Positions 13,951-26,304 of a DNA stretch of 64,000 nt are shown in pieces. A program made the translations under genes and the position numbers. Where the stretch lies: the NCBI RefSeq assembly GCF_001194135.2, contig NC_068998.1:28747472-28811471 (forward strand), given 5' to 3'. The notes under the pieces are model-generated. The model did no database searches and had not been told where the DNA came from. It saw nothing but the letters and a program-made list of their open reading frames with translations. The stretch is from Octopus bimaculoides. Lineage: Eukaryota. How positions within the stretch are numbered: position 1 is the first letter of the stretch; the number at the start of each line of letters is the position of its first letter.

Positions 13951-14494
13951 GTCTNNNNNNNNNNNNNNNNNNNNNNNNNNNNNNNNNNNNNNNNNNNNNN
14001 NNNNNNNNNNNNNNNNNNNNNNNNNNNNNNNNNNNNNNNNNNNNNNNNNNNNNNNNNNNNNNNNNNNNNNNNNNNNNNNNNNNNNNNNNNNNNNNNNNNN
14101 NNNNNNNNNNNNNNNNNNNNNNNNNNNNNNNNNNNNNNNNNNNNNNNNNNNNNNNNNNNNNNNNNNNNNNNNNNNNNNNNNNNNNNNNNNNNNNNNNNNN
14201 NNNNNNNNNNNNNNNNNNNNNNNNNNNNNNNNNNNNNNNNNNNNNNNNNNNNNNNNNNNNNNNNNNNNNNNNNNNNNNNNNNNNNNNNNNNNNNNNNNNN
14301 NNNNNNNNNNNNNNNNNNNNNNNNNNNNNNNNNNNNNNNNNNNNNNNNNNNNNNNNNNNNNNNNNNNNNNNNNNNNNNNNNNNNNNNNNNNNNNNNNNNN
14401 NNNNNNNNNNNNNNNNNNNNNNTATATATATATATATATATATATAGATATATACATACATACATGCATACATACATACATACATGCATGCACA

Positions 14495-14632
14495 ACAGGT
14501 TTCTTTCAGTTTCTGTCGACCAAATCCACCTACAAGGCTTTGAAGCTATAGTAGAAGATACTTGCCCAAGGTACCATACAGTGGGATTGAACCTGGAACA
14601 ATGTGGTTGGGAAGCAAGCTTCTTACCACATA
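14495..14632 (-). mobile_element. SINE-A head
   Basis: Matches 38090-38240. Confidence 0.75.
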
Positions 14633-14722
14633 GTCACGATGATGATGATATACAACCACCATCATCATCATCATTTTACTTTTACTTTCCCCTGTGTTGA
14701 AATGGATTGATTGAATCATCAC

Positions 14723-14833
14723 AGTTCAAGTCAGTTCTTTCTCACAGTTTGACAGATATGCAATGTCATTCAAGAAATTGAGCAAATACAGAAAGAAGTT
14801 GGAACTGTGAGCTTACATACACTTTTATGTCAA
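14723..14833 (+). repeat. 111-bp direct repeat, copy 2
   Basis: See 10978-11088. Confidence 0.9.
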
Positions 14834-15469
14834 TTTAAACAAATAATGAAGAAAATACATTTGATCTATATCCTAGAAAAAGCAGTTGAATTCTCCTCAA
14901 ATTATACTTTACTGTCTTTAAAGAGAATGTATTAGATAACGTATGTAGTTGATATAATGTATAACATTAAGATTGGATTGTTATAATAGGAACAACTTTG
15001 ATCATAAACTTGTTCAATCAGGGCTGGTTTTGAACATAATATAATGTAAATATTTTTATTAATAATAATGTTGAATCGATGTAATTAATGATACTCCAAA
15101 GAGAGATGGCTGAAGAAGGTCAGAAACGGTGCATTTGATGGAACACAGAAACAGATGCTAAAAGGAGGTATTGTTTATGTGAGTAATGTAATTGTTTTAT
15201 CCAGGTATTGTTCTCCTCCTTGCTGTTGCATCAGCAGCAGTGTCATTGTCATCATGGCCATCATCATCCTTGCCACAGTGACTGCCATCAGCACCATCAT
15301 TGTCATCCCCCTCCTGAGTGCTGCTTTTATTGACGTTGCCATAACTAGCATTATGTTATGCCACCTGAAGAAAACTGTGATACAAACTAGTGCTTCTTCT
15401 GCCAGAATAGAGAAGCAAAAGAATTTCTGGCACCATTATTTAGATAATAAAATTTCCAGTACCAGGGAG

Positions 15470-15670
15470 TGAGCTGGCAGAATCATTAGTGTTGGGGAAA
15501 ATACTTCTCTGTATTTGTTCCAGTTCTTTTCATTCTGAGCTCAAACCCTGCTATCAACTTTGTCTTTCTTCCCAACAGGGTTGATAAAATTAAGTTCCAA
15601 TCAAATACTGTGTTGATGATATTGACTAGTGCACTTCACTTCCAAATTGCTGGCCTTGTTCTTCAGAAAT
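15470..15670 (+). mobile_element. SINE family C, diverged
   Basis: Head GAGCTGGCAGAATC and central domain CTTTGYCTTTCWTCC...GGGTTGATAAAAT.AG. Related copies at 34475-34660 (+), 49220-49310 (-) and 60330-60510 (-). Confidence 0.6.
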
Positions 15671-16559
15671 TAGGTACCACTGAATGGTACCTATTGTACC
15701 ATCTATTGCAGTTTACTATAATAAGTAGGTACCACAGAGTGGTATAGTTCCCTATAACAAATAGGTACCAGAGAATGATATTCATCACCACTAAGCAAAG
15801 ACAATACTAGGCTGGGAGCTGTTGATTTAGAATATGAAAACTGAGCTGATTGCAGGTATGTGAGATGGTATCAATGCAGGTATCATTGTTCCAGTCAAAG
15901 GTGAAATAGGCTTCAGCATGACCAACAGATATGTTGACATAATCGGGACCCCATGCATACTCTGATGATTGATACATACTTAGCAGAAAAGCCAAATTGA
16001 TATAACTTCATTATTAACAAACATAGAGACAAAATGAGCTTAATGGAGAAGAGAAATTACAGAGGATGAAATGTAAGTTAATAGAGTAGTGATGTAGTAG
16101 AGTTGAAATGGGCAGATGGTTGAGCCGAAAATTCTATTTCACATAGACTTGTCAATTGCATTTGTTCAGTCCCTGGTTTGGTAGATAATGAGTAAACTAA
16201 GTTTACATAGATTTTGGAGTTTTATTAACTTGAGAAGCATTTTGACCGCTAAAGAGATTGAACATGTTGGTATGTAATGAGAGTATCAACAGTTGTGACA
16301 CAATAGTAAAAAAAGTTTTTAGAAAAAACTATGAAGATTTTGGGAGCTTTCAATTTACTTTTGTTATGATCAGCTCTTTTGAAAATTGATTTGGTAACTG
16401 AATAAAACATTTCTTCTTCAAAATAGAAAATTCTCAGCAAAACATTTTAAACAGATTATTGAAAAATAAAATAAAATAAAAAAACATGAAGTAAAATAAT
16501 TAAAATGTGCTCTTATATAATATTTTAAAGAGATAATAGCAGTAAAGTATAATGAAGAA

Positions 16560-16720
16560 AAACTGCAATGCTAATATCTACGAAAGAGAAAGGCTTCGGG
16601 AAAGTTTCAGTATGTGATAGCTTTAAACCAAAGATAGTATGAAGCCAAATAACTTAAAACATCTTTCCAGAATAACGTATTGGATTTACTTAACAAATCA
16701 TTCAATTATCTAACATTCTT
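16560..16720 (+). mobile_element. Very decayed hAT/Charlie transposase fragment
   Basis: Reads DSMKPNNLKHL, resembling the ESMKPSKLKRHL motif of Charlie transposases. Confidence 0.35.
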
Positions 16721-17009
16721 TTGGTAAAAGTTTTGGTTTTCTTTTTTCTAAGACAATTTTTATACTCTTAACATTAATTAATTTTTTTTTTATATATATT
16801 CATGAAGATTTTAATATGTTTACTTCTAATATAATACAGAAATAAATATAATATAAATTTTTTTTTTTAGAAAACATGAAGTGTAATAAATCTCATATAT
16901 TGTAGTAATAATGATTAATTGAAGGATAGTAACATTAGGCTATCAGCAGGTAAATGACAGAAAATATACAAGGATCTTTTAAATATGTTGTACAATATAG
17001 CATAAACTG

Positions 17010-17097
17010 TTATATTGTACATTAAATATGGCTATATTATACATTAAATATGCTTATAATGTACATTAAATACACTTATATTGTACATTAAGTATAC
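17010..17097. repeat. 4 x 22-bp minisatellite (TTATATTGTACATTAAATATRC)
   Basis: Units start at 17010, 17032, 17054 and 17076. Confidence 0.85.
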
Positions 17098-17251
17098 TGT
17101 ATTTTAATTTGCAGTTTATGTAATAACATTCAGCTGTTTTATTTAATATGTCGGTTTGCTATAGATTTGATGGGTAAATTGCAAGGAATATAATGACATA
17201 AATTACATTCTTTTGAGTATCTAAATAATTTTTACTTCTGTGCAGGTGTAG

Positions 17252-17313
17252 TCGACTGCTTTTGTAAATGAGTTGTTTGATGAAAACATTCATTATGCTT
17301 TTCCAAATATGTG
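17252..17313 (+). CDS. Candidate exon of host gene (STAFVNELFDENIHYAFPNM-W)
   Basis: Acceptors at TGTGCAG (17245) or GTGTAG (17251). Donor TG|GTATGT. The phase-2 end joins the G at 25321 to give TGG. With the upstream acceptor only the ATG at 17309 is usable, so most of the exon could be 5' UTR. Confidence 0.5.
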
Positions 17314-19115
17314 GTATGTAAATGTTGCAGAATTAAAAATACAAAAAAGCTAAGAGAAATAACTCATGGGAGGCCAATGACATGAATTTGAACAGCTGAG
17401 CTGAAGGATGGTTTAACTACCCTTTCCAAAGTATGTAATATAATGTAAGAAATATATTCTTAATATTTTGAAATTCTCTCCCCATTACTTTGAAGTTGCT
17501 AACAATAGCCATTAAATTCAACACATCCCTCATTTATTTAATTAGCTAAATTCATGTTATTGGTCTGTTTGAATTATTTTTTCTGAGCTCTGTTCTAATT
17601 ATGCAGATTAGCTTTAGACAAAAATACAATTAATTGTATTTCTATATAAAAATATTTTTTTTTTAAACTGTAATTTCATAGTTGTAAGCATTTTAGGACT
17701 GTACTATGTTGGTGAGGTCAAACAAACTAAAACAAAGATCAGAGTGTCCATTTCCTAGCACGTAAATTAACTTGAGAACTGTATTTTTAATTCATTTTAT
17801 ATCTGTTTTTCTCTCTGTTGTATGAAGTTAGTTTTTATTTAGTTGAAGTTAATTGCATTTTCAACAAGAAATGAATTTATTTAGTAGGTAGATGTTAGTA
17901 GGTGTACTGAAAGAAGTACAGAACAGGGAGATGTGAATTTATTGAGCATGATAGTGATTCAGAACAACAGTCCAGTTTAGAATATTAATATTTGTAAACA
18001 AAAATGTGCTTCTGTATTTATTTTGCTTTGTATAACTCTACAAAGATTAAGCCAGTGAGAAAGAGAGAGAGAGAGAGAGAGAGAGAACATCTTCTTATGG
18101 GCTCTAAGCTGGTCAACCAAATTAGTGACAGTGAGAAAGAGAGAGAGAGTGAGAATGTGTATATATGTTAAATAAGACAGGTTGGTAAAATCAATGTTTA
18201 GCTAAGATAATTAGTGCTTCTCTGATTAATTCTTAGAGATGAGATTTCTTTTATCACTAAGTTCCTGAAAGTTGCCAAGGATTTGTCAGACCAAGCTGAT
18301 TGGCCAAGTTTTAATCAGTAGACAACCTGAAGCTAACTTTGACTCATCTTTTGGTGTAAATTTACACCTGAAATATAATTTGGTTACTTCTGGCTACAGC
18401 TGTGAGGGATGTTCCTATTAGTTAAGTAGATTTGAATAGGCTAAAAGAGGAAATACAAACTATGTAAAGATACTTCGATTTTTGTATCAGGTTTGCAAGA
18501 TTCTTTATGTGAATTTGTGTGTTGAAACAAATTTTGTTGTGTCTAGGGAGTCATTATGCCAATGTAACTAACACACACACTGGTTCAATTTCTCTCATTT
18601 ATTAAATATCCAATTTTTGTTTGTCAAAGCTCTTTCATTGCTCTTTACAACCTCAGTGACTATTGATTCTGTCCGTTATAGAGGGCACATTTGTTTGTCA
18701 CTGAGATGGTTGCAAAAAGCAACAAATGAACTTTGACAAAAACAAAAACAAAAAATCGGATATTTAATAAATGAGTGGAATTGAACCAGCATGTATGTAA
18801 AGATAGTGATTTCAAAATTTCTACACAATGTTATATCAGTTGCAAAATATAGAAATTTTATTTGAGTCTCATCTTATCCTACAATTTCTTAAATAAACAA
18901 ATACAATTTCTTTTTTTCTAAAAGCCCTAGTGGCTGATACTATGTACTTTAAAAATGCCTTGGAATTGAAGCACTCAATACCTAGTAAATTTTTTCCACT
19001 CCTTTTTTGTTAATGTTTTTTCATCCCGAATAGTGAATAAGAATCATAATTATTCTGTATATATATATACAACATATGCATCATTGGGAACATAACAAAG
19101 ATGTATCATTCTATA

Positions 19116-19300
19116 CATAGCAATAAAAAAATGGAGGGGAATATGAGGTACTTATCAGCTTGCAGACATGTCATGTCATAATTGTCTGTATATTGTCTTT
19201 TTTGTCACTTTGGTTATAAAATAAACAGATTAATCAACGGAATATAGTGTCTGCAAGTTGATGAGTACCTCATATTCCCCTCCATTTTCTTATTGCTATA
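19116..19300. mobile_element. Palindromic MITE with 53-bp TIRs, TA-flanked (Tc1/mariner-type)
   Basis: Arms 19116-19168 and 19248-19300 are reverse complements with 4 mismatches. Confidence 0.8.
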
Positions 19301-19569
19301 TAAATTTAGGGTAAAAAAAACCTTTTACCCACACCCACTTATTGCACTTGGTATAACACTAGTGTAACAATAATTGGGTACCCTCCCAGCAATATATTGG
19401 ATATATATTATCCCTTAGGTCTAGAAGACCCAAAGAGTGTTACGTAATGCTAAGTAAGTGCTAAGGACAGACCATAGTTCGAGAGTGATATGAGTGAGGA
19501 GTTTAGTGTGGATCTTGTATTAGCCTGCATATATATATATATGGCTCAGTGGTTAGAGTGTCAAGATTA

Positions 19570-20325
19570 CGACCATGTTGTGAGTTTTTTTTTTTTGTTG
19601 TGCTTCCTATGTAGGATGTGCCACATTTGCCACAGATGATCTTGTATACAACATAGGTCCTCTGGCACAATTCAGGGTCATTGACGGGGCAGTTCGACAA
19701 TGTGCACTCCTCAGAGTAGNNNNNNNNNNACGGGGCAGTTCGACAATGTGCACTCCTCAGAGTAGTGAGAGGTGTTGTTCTTGGACAGAGCTTTTCTCAG
19801 GGAAGGGCCAGTGTGCACTGTCTGTATGTTGAGTCCTTCCCTGTGGACTGCAAGTTGTATCACTGCAGTACTTCTGTCATCAAAATGTCATAGCTTTAGG
19901 AAGCACATGCTGGACTTGGGAGTATGATGGTTCTTCCAGGGTTTATTGGCCCTGATATTCTTTAGGCGCTGTTGTTTAGCTAAAGATGGTGGGCAACCAT
20001 TAGGGGTTAGGTCTCTGAGGAACTGTTTGATGTTGACGGCTCTGTCGGTCACTTCGTTGCAATTATTTTTATACGTGTGTAAGGACCGTGCGATCAGGAG
20101 ATGGTAACGAGGAATGGCTCCTTTAGCATATCGCACGGTCGATACAAATAAAAAAAAACGAAAAGAAGATAAATGAGTATGAGTGCCAAAAGAAAAGAGT
20201 GACTCAACACTGAGAAGGTTTTATTGATATGTCAACATGTATGTTTGTGTGTGTGAATGCGACATAATAATCACAATAATAGACAGGCTGTCATGTAAAC
20301 AAAGTGTATGTGTATGCAAACCTGG

Positions 20326-20376
<51 letters not shown>

Positions 20377-22634
20377 AAATGCAGAGCATAGAAAAGAGTC
20401 TATAAGGATGTTGAGAAAAAGTCCAGACACAAGGATGGTAAATATCAGTTCGTAGTCAAGGTACACAGTGGTTGAGGTGCTGTAACAAGAAGTTGTGGCA
20501 ACAATGCAGAGCCGAAGAGAGACACATGTCGTGTAAGAAGTTGAGAGGCTTCAATGCTGTGGCCGGTTACTTGGTACAAGTGTCTCGCAGGTTGTATTCG
20601 CTGTTAACCACGGTGAAGCAATTCACAAACAGTGAGGTGAGAACCTGTGCGAGTGCTGTTGGTTGGTGTGTACGTAGAGACGTTGGTGTAGATCTAAGAA
20701 GCTGGAGGCGACGAAGATAGAGGTTCTGACTGCTGTTGAACAAAGTGTTGGTGTTCTCCATGAAGCTGCTGTCGTGTCGTCGCTGGAACTGGCTGTGTGC
20801 TCTGGGGTCAGCGGCTAGACCTCAGAAGGTCTGAAGCAGGCTGACAAACGAGACAGTGAAAAACTAGCTATTTATAATATCCTGTCGGCTCAAGCTGGGG
20901 TTCAGAAAAAGCTGTCCGCGCGACCTTATCTGAAGGCTGCGATTGGTTGGGTTGCACCCTGCCGCGAAATAGAACAGGAGACAAAATGCGCCAATACCAA
21001 CCAATCAAAGTGATGGACACAACAGGGTTCAAAAGTGCGGCCGAAGGCTAGCTGTTATCCACTACGTCCGCATTCATGTATATATAACAGAGAGAGAGAG
21101 AGAAGTACGCTACACGTGCAATCTCATTTCTCATGTATGCGGCATTGGCTCTGGTGGGTAAGGAGGATTGGTAGTGGATAAAAAGTTTTCTACTAGCGGC
21201 TTTTCTGTAGAAGTTGGTAAATACGGAGCCTTCCTCTGTGAACCTGTGTTGAAAGTCGAGTAGAGAGAGGGTTTCAGATTCGTCTGAATGTTCAATCTCG
21301 AATTTGATGTTTATGTCAGTGTTATTGAAGGTCCGGTGTATGTTTATGGCGTCATATCTGGAGAACGTGATGATAAGGATGTCATCAACGTACATGGAGA
21401 AGAAGATGCATGAGCGGCAGGTGTTAAATGCTGTATGTTCTAGGTTATCCATGTACGTGATGGCCAGCAAGCCTGAAAGGCTAGATCCCATAGGCAGGCT
21501 GGAAGTTTGTAAGTCACACCGTTATATTGGAAATAGGTGTTACCAACTATAATGGTTAGTAACTCTCATATGTCTGAGGGTGTGAGCCTGAAGAGCTGGA
21601 GGTTGATGGATGAGGAGGTGAGAGAAGATGAAAGGGGAGATGGGGAGGAGGATGTTGCATGGGGGGGGGAAGGAGATGTGGGGGAGATAAGGACGTGATG
21701 TGGTCTAGGAGGATATCGACGGCCGGGAGAGCGGGTACAGAAGAGTAGAGGGAAACTACGTCTAAACTAAAAATGTATTTGTTAGTTTTAAGTATGGAGG
21801 GGTCGATGACGTTGAGTCTTGTAAAGATTTCGTGAAAGTTGCTGACGTGTCGGGGAATGCGTATAGTAAGGGCTTGAGGAGTTTAGAGAGGAGCCAAGAA
21901 ATTTTATAGCTAGGAAGTTGATCTAGCAACAATTTCTCACTCTCTTTTTCCATTAGTTTGAATATTTTTAGCATAATATTCAGTTCTGCCTGGCCCAGGT
22001 GTGATGACATTATAATAGAATAATTACTATAAAACATTATGTAGAATAAATTGTATAAAGGATCGTGGGCAAGGCCAGAGCAATGCAAAGTAAATGCAAG
22101 GCAAATTACAAGAAAACGAATATATGAATTAATGTAGACTTACCTTGTATTCAATATTTCGGGGTTATGACTCCATTTTCAAGAAATTAACGAATGTTGC
22201 CAATGTGCGTGTGTGGAGTGGACATACGCAAAAATGTGTTACTATAGCAATCAGATAGCTTCCTGTAACTCTCTTCTGTTGTTGATCTTAGGTTTCTTTT
22301 GGTGTATGAGGATGGCCTCAGAGATTCTAAGGTTGCCCCTATTCTGCTGTGTTGCCTTGATGTGCACTGTGAATTCCTGGGTCTGGCATTTCCTTAGACG
22401 TTTCTTCACGGAAATGTCTGCCAGAATGTGTTCCTTAATGCGTATATGCAGTTTTTTCTTTGTTGTGCTTCCTATGTAGGATGCGCCACATTTGCCACAG
22501 ATGATCTCGAATACAACATAGGATATTGGGTTCTTTTCATGTCTGCTTCTATAGGACATATATAGTGTTACTATCTTGTTTTGAGATGCCATTTGCTGTT
22601 CCAGGTAATTCATTCTGGTGCCATCTCTCAACAA
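19570..22634 (-). mobile_element. Penelope-like element: upstream pLTR with GIY-YIG, intron, internally deleted ORF (RT), downstream GIY-YIG
   Basis: GIY-YIG YVVxxIICGKCGxSYIGST at 22251-22634 and 19580-19700. RT motifs LPMGSSLSGLLA, MYVDDIL and LSLLDF...FYRK at 21115-21530. ATG at 22010 (MSSHLGQAELNIMLKIFKLMEKE). Intron 22143-22027 (GTAAGT...TTTTATAG). Confidence 0.9.
20078..21114 (-). mobile_element. Solo LTR (Gypsy-type), 1037 bp, inserted in the Penelope ORF
   Basis: TGTA...TACA ends with 4-bp TSD CGTG (20074-20077, 21115-21118). Removing it restores the frame NEIAR-IKNNC. CCAAT boxes, TATAAATA near 20876 and AATAAA near 20220 on the minus strand give the orientation. Confidence 0.85.
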
Positions 22635-23435
22635 GACCTTGGTTTAATATACGAAAACTGAAGCTAGGCATTATCCAATTACGATCTATTAAGTAAGATG
22701 ATGGACTATTCTTATCACTTTCAGTTGTTTAAGTGTATCTCTAGGAGTATAATTATTTTTATTGATGTTTTATATCATGCTTCTTACATTTTGAGTGCAA
22801 CTATAGCTAATCTCAACATTTTTCTTTTTAAAGAGATTGTATTCCTTGACATCATAAAGGAAATGTTTCCTGATTAAAGATAGGAAATTTTGTGGTATTT
22901 TAGGTAACGTAATTAGTTTAAAAACTGAGTGGGATGATTTTGTGTTTGTATTTGGTTTGCAAGATTCTTGATATGAAATTGCTGTGTCTTTGGGTTAAAG
23001 TAAGGGTGGTCATTATGCCAGTAATAAATACATGCACTGATTCTAATTCACTTTTTATTAGTTGACTCGTTAACTATTTAACAAATTAACTAATTGAGTG
23101 TTTCATTAACTATTTGGTTAATCAATCAGTTATATGTGTCAGAGTTCTTCCACTGCCTTTCATAATCTTATCAATGACATGCCCTATCTACTTCAGGTTT
23201 GTCTGTCTCCTGGTTTAAGACAGTGTATGTGTGTGTGTGTGTGAGAGAGCGAGCGAGAGAGTGAGAAAGAGAGTGAGAGAGAGAGCTTGTGTGTGTGTGC
23301 ATGCCTATTTGACATAGTGTGGATTCTGTGAAAGGTGTGAGTGGTTAGATGTTTATGTATTTATTTTATGGTTAGTGTCTTTGTGAATGAACTGTGTGTG
23401 TATGGATTGTCATTTATTCTTGGGATGATGTAGAT

Positions 23436-23672
23436 CAATGGTTCTCAGGTGGGGTCCATATAAAATTTTGCTCTTAAAATTATGTGCAATAAATTGGTTA
23501 TACTTTAATAATATACAAAGTATTTTATCATTTTTTTAATACAATTCCTAATAAATATTTAATTATCAAAATATGATAGGGTTTTTTTAAACATAAAATG
23601 GCTATGGAAGTCCATCCAAGTAAAATAGAAATCAAAGGGGTCCATAGGTACAAAAATGTTTGAGAACCACTA
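23436..23672. mobile_element. hAT MITE, 237 bp
   Basis: TIRs CAATGGTTCTCA / TGAGAACCACTA. 8-bp TSD ATGTAGAT / GTGTAGAT. Confidence 0.85.
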
Positions 23673-25044
23673 GTGTAGATCATATTACAATTTTATGACT
23701 TTCTTCATCTTTCATTCCCTTTTTCTGGTCCTGTTGATTTGGTGGTTTAATACTGCATCTTTTAAAACCATATTTTTGCCTGGGTGATGTTATAATTCAT
23801 CTCTGTTTCTTAGTAATTATCAACAATTAGGCAAGTTTGAGCTATTATCTTATAGCTGTTCTAGATGCTTTCTAAATCTGTTTTGTTCATGTGCATTGAT
23901 GTAGCTAAACTGTCATCTCCTATACTGCTATCTCTACAAATCCAAATCTATTCCTCAACATGTGTAGAATATATAGTTTGCATATCTCACTTCCATTGTA
24001 TATACCCATAATTCTACAGTTTCTCATTTTCTTTCTGATTCCAGAAGAAATTATAAAACTGTACTAATAATAAATTATATAAATTTTATAAATAAAATTT
24101 GTAAGTTTAAGTAAATTTAAATGTTTCATCACTATATATAACTTTCAGCCTATTTGGAATTTATGCATTATATATATATATATATNNNNNNNNNNNNNNN
24201 NNNNNNNNNNNNNNNNNNNNNNNNNNNNNNNNNNNNNNNNNNNNNNNNNNNNNNNNNNNNNNNNNNNNNNNNNNNNNNNNNNNNNNNNNNNNNNNNNNNN
24301 NNNNNNNNNNNNNNNNNNNNNNNNNNNNNNNNNNNNNNNNNNNNNNNNNNNNNNNNNNNNNNNNNNNNNNNNNNNNNNNNNNNNNNNNNNNNNNNNNNNN
24401 NNNNNNNNNNNATATATATGTGTGAAATGCTTTCTTTAATATATTATTAATAATTTATTGGAACATAAGCCTGTATTTTATATTAGATTGGTACCAATAT
24501 GGTTGAGTAGTCAGAGAACATCTATTCTAAAAACACATGCCTCAGTTTACAAACTAAACAAGCAGGAGGAAATTGGTATAAAAATAGCAATGTATTTAAA
24601 TACATGTTTCTTAAACATTAATATTAAAAAGATGTTGAAAGTAATAGTGGTTTTCTGGTTGAAGTGCGTAAAATTCATTAGTAAGGAGATGAAATAACAT
24701 TTATTTCTTAATCTGCCTGTGTAGAGAGAATGTCAGTTTTCTATGAGGACAAAGATATGAGTAGACCTGTTACAGATCGTAGTAATATTCACTGGAGTAG
24801 TATGCTGTGCTGTTTATTAATAGAAAGTATATATTGTGTGAGTAATATAAAAACAAACAGTACTTGAAAGCAACTTCTTGATTGTATCCTACTGCCATGT
24901 AGTTGTCTTATCTGTGGTTGGATGAAATCAGTAGCTAACCTACAGAACAAACCTTCACTCCTACCTTAGTACTTTCTACCTCACACGGATAAATGAGGTG
25001 ACATCTATCTATCTCTCAATCTATCTGTTTATTTCTATCTTAAT

Positions 25045-25106
<62 letters not shown>

Positions 25107-25320
25107 ATAAATATAATATAATATATATATATATATATACATACATATACATATACACCTATATACACATATATGTATAATGTACACGCATTTCTTTAGG
25201 GCTGTAAGATATTCTGGTTATAACTTCTTGTAAAGAATAGCAAAAATGATTACAATTATTCTTAATTGTATTGACATATAAATCACAAGTTTACTTCCTG
25301 CCTATTTGCAAAACAATAAG

Positions 25321-25442
25321 GGTTGATGATTGGTTTACAAGTGCTGCTGGTGAAAAATATCGTCTATTCAAAATAATAAGGAAAAGAAAAAAGAACAGAA
25401 AACGATTCTTTTCTTCATTCCAAGTAGATGTTGAAACAAAAG
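25321..25442 (+). CDS. Candidate exon: N-terminal part of discoidin-like domain 1 (VDDWFTSAAGEKYRLFKIIRKRKKNRKRFFSSFQVDVETK)
   Basis: First AG after a pyrimidine tract. Open frame, phase 2 to phase 1, donor AAAG|GTTATC. FQVDV resembles the discoidin LQVDL strand. Confidence 0.55.
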
Positions 25443-26212
25443 GTTATCCTAAATCTAATTACAGTGTATGACATTTAACAAGATGATACAGAGGAGCCAA
25501 GAATTACTTGACAAGTAATCACAGAATTGATTTACATTTTGGATAGTTTTCTTGAAGTAGGAAATGATATTTAACATATTTGAAAGCTTAGTGAGATAAC
25601 ATACACTTTGGATTAAAGTTGAAAATACTCCACTGAAAAATGTTTACATCAAATACTTTGGAAAAGGCTGAAATGAAAAGAAAAAGTTTAAATTATAATA
25701 TTGGTTTCAAACAAAAACTTTTAAAAAAATACAATGAATAGATGATTTAAAAAAAAAAATTCTGCAAAGATATATAACTTAAAATTTATGGTTTAATTAT
25801 ATGAGTATTTTTTAATGTCTGAATTTCTCAGCACTATCACTGATATTACCACATTAGATTAAATTCAATTCATATTGGAACACATATTATTATGTGGAAA
25901 CTACTTCACTTCTCTATTGCTACAGTTATTACATTATTATAACTTGAATATAAAAGTTAAAATATTTTACACATTTCAATATCATTTCATTTGCGAGAAA
26001 ATATTTTTAAAAAATCAGAAATAATGTTACTTCTAACTCCATAATAGTATAACTTCAATCCTACACTTTTATACACCAACATAATTCGTTAAGGAAACGA
26101 ACTGGTGAATTATCTGAAATATATAACCTGTCTTGGAGTAAAATGGCACAATATCTTTCTACAATATCAAATCATGGTGTCATGTACGTTCACCGCTCTC
26201 TTTCTAATTCAG

Positions 26213-26304
26213 TTGTTGAGATGCAGACTGGCCACTCAACTAAAGGATCTGTAATATTTCATTCAAGCAGGACACAGAAGCTAAAACTAGAGTTGGCTAA
26301 AAGG
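26213..26304 (+). CDS. Candidate exon (VEMQTGHSTKGSVIFHSSRTQKLKLELAKK)
   Basis: Strong acceptor CTCTCTTTCTAATTCAG and donor AAG|GTAATT. Phase 1 to phase 0, compatible with the previous exon. Confidence 0.6.

Noticed and set aside
15807-15995. Minus-strand terminal exon (YQSSEYAWGPDYVNISV...)
   Set aside because: No recognisable family and no consistent minus-strand exon chain. It is plausibly a chance ORF.
19690-19765. 35-bp direct repeat flanking 10 N
   Set aside because: Typical unmerged contig overlap.
17252-25442. Gasdermin-like N-terminus (TAFVNEL...AGEKYRLFKIIRKRK resembles the pejvakin/GSDME start)
   Set aside because: Downstream exons do not follow the gasdermin pattern and fit discoidin motifs better. 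An HMM search would settle it.
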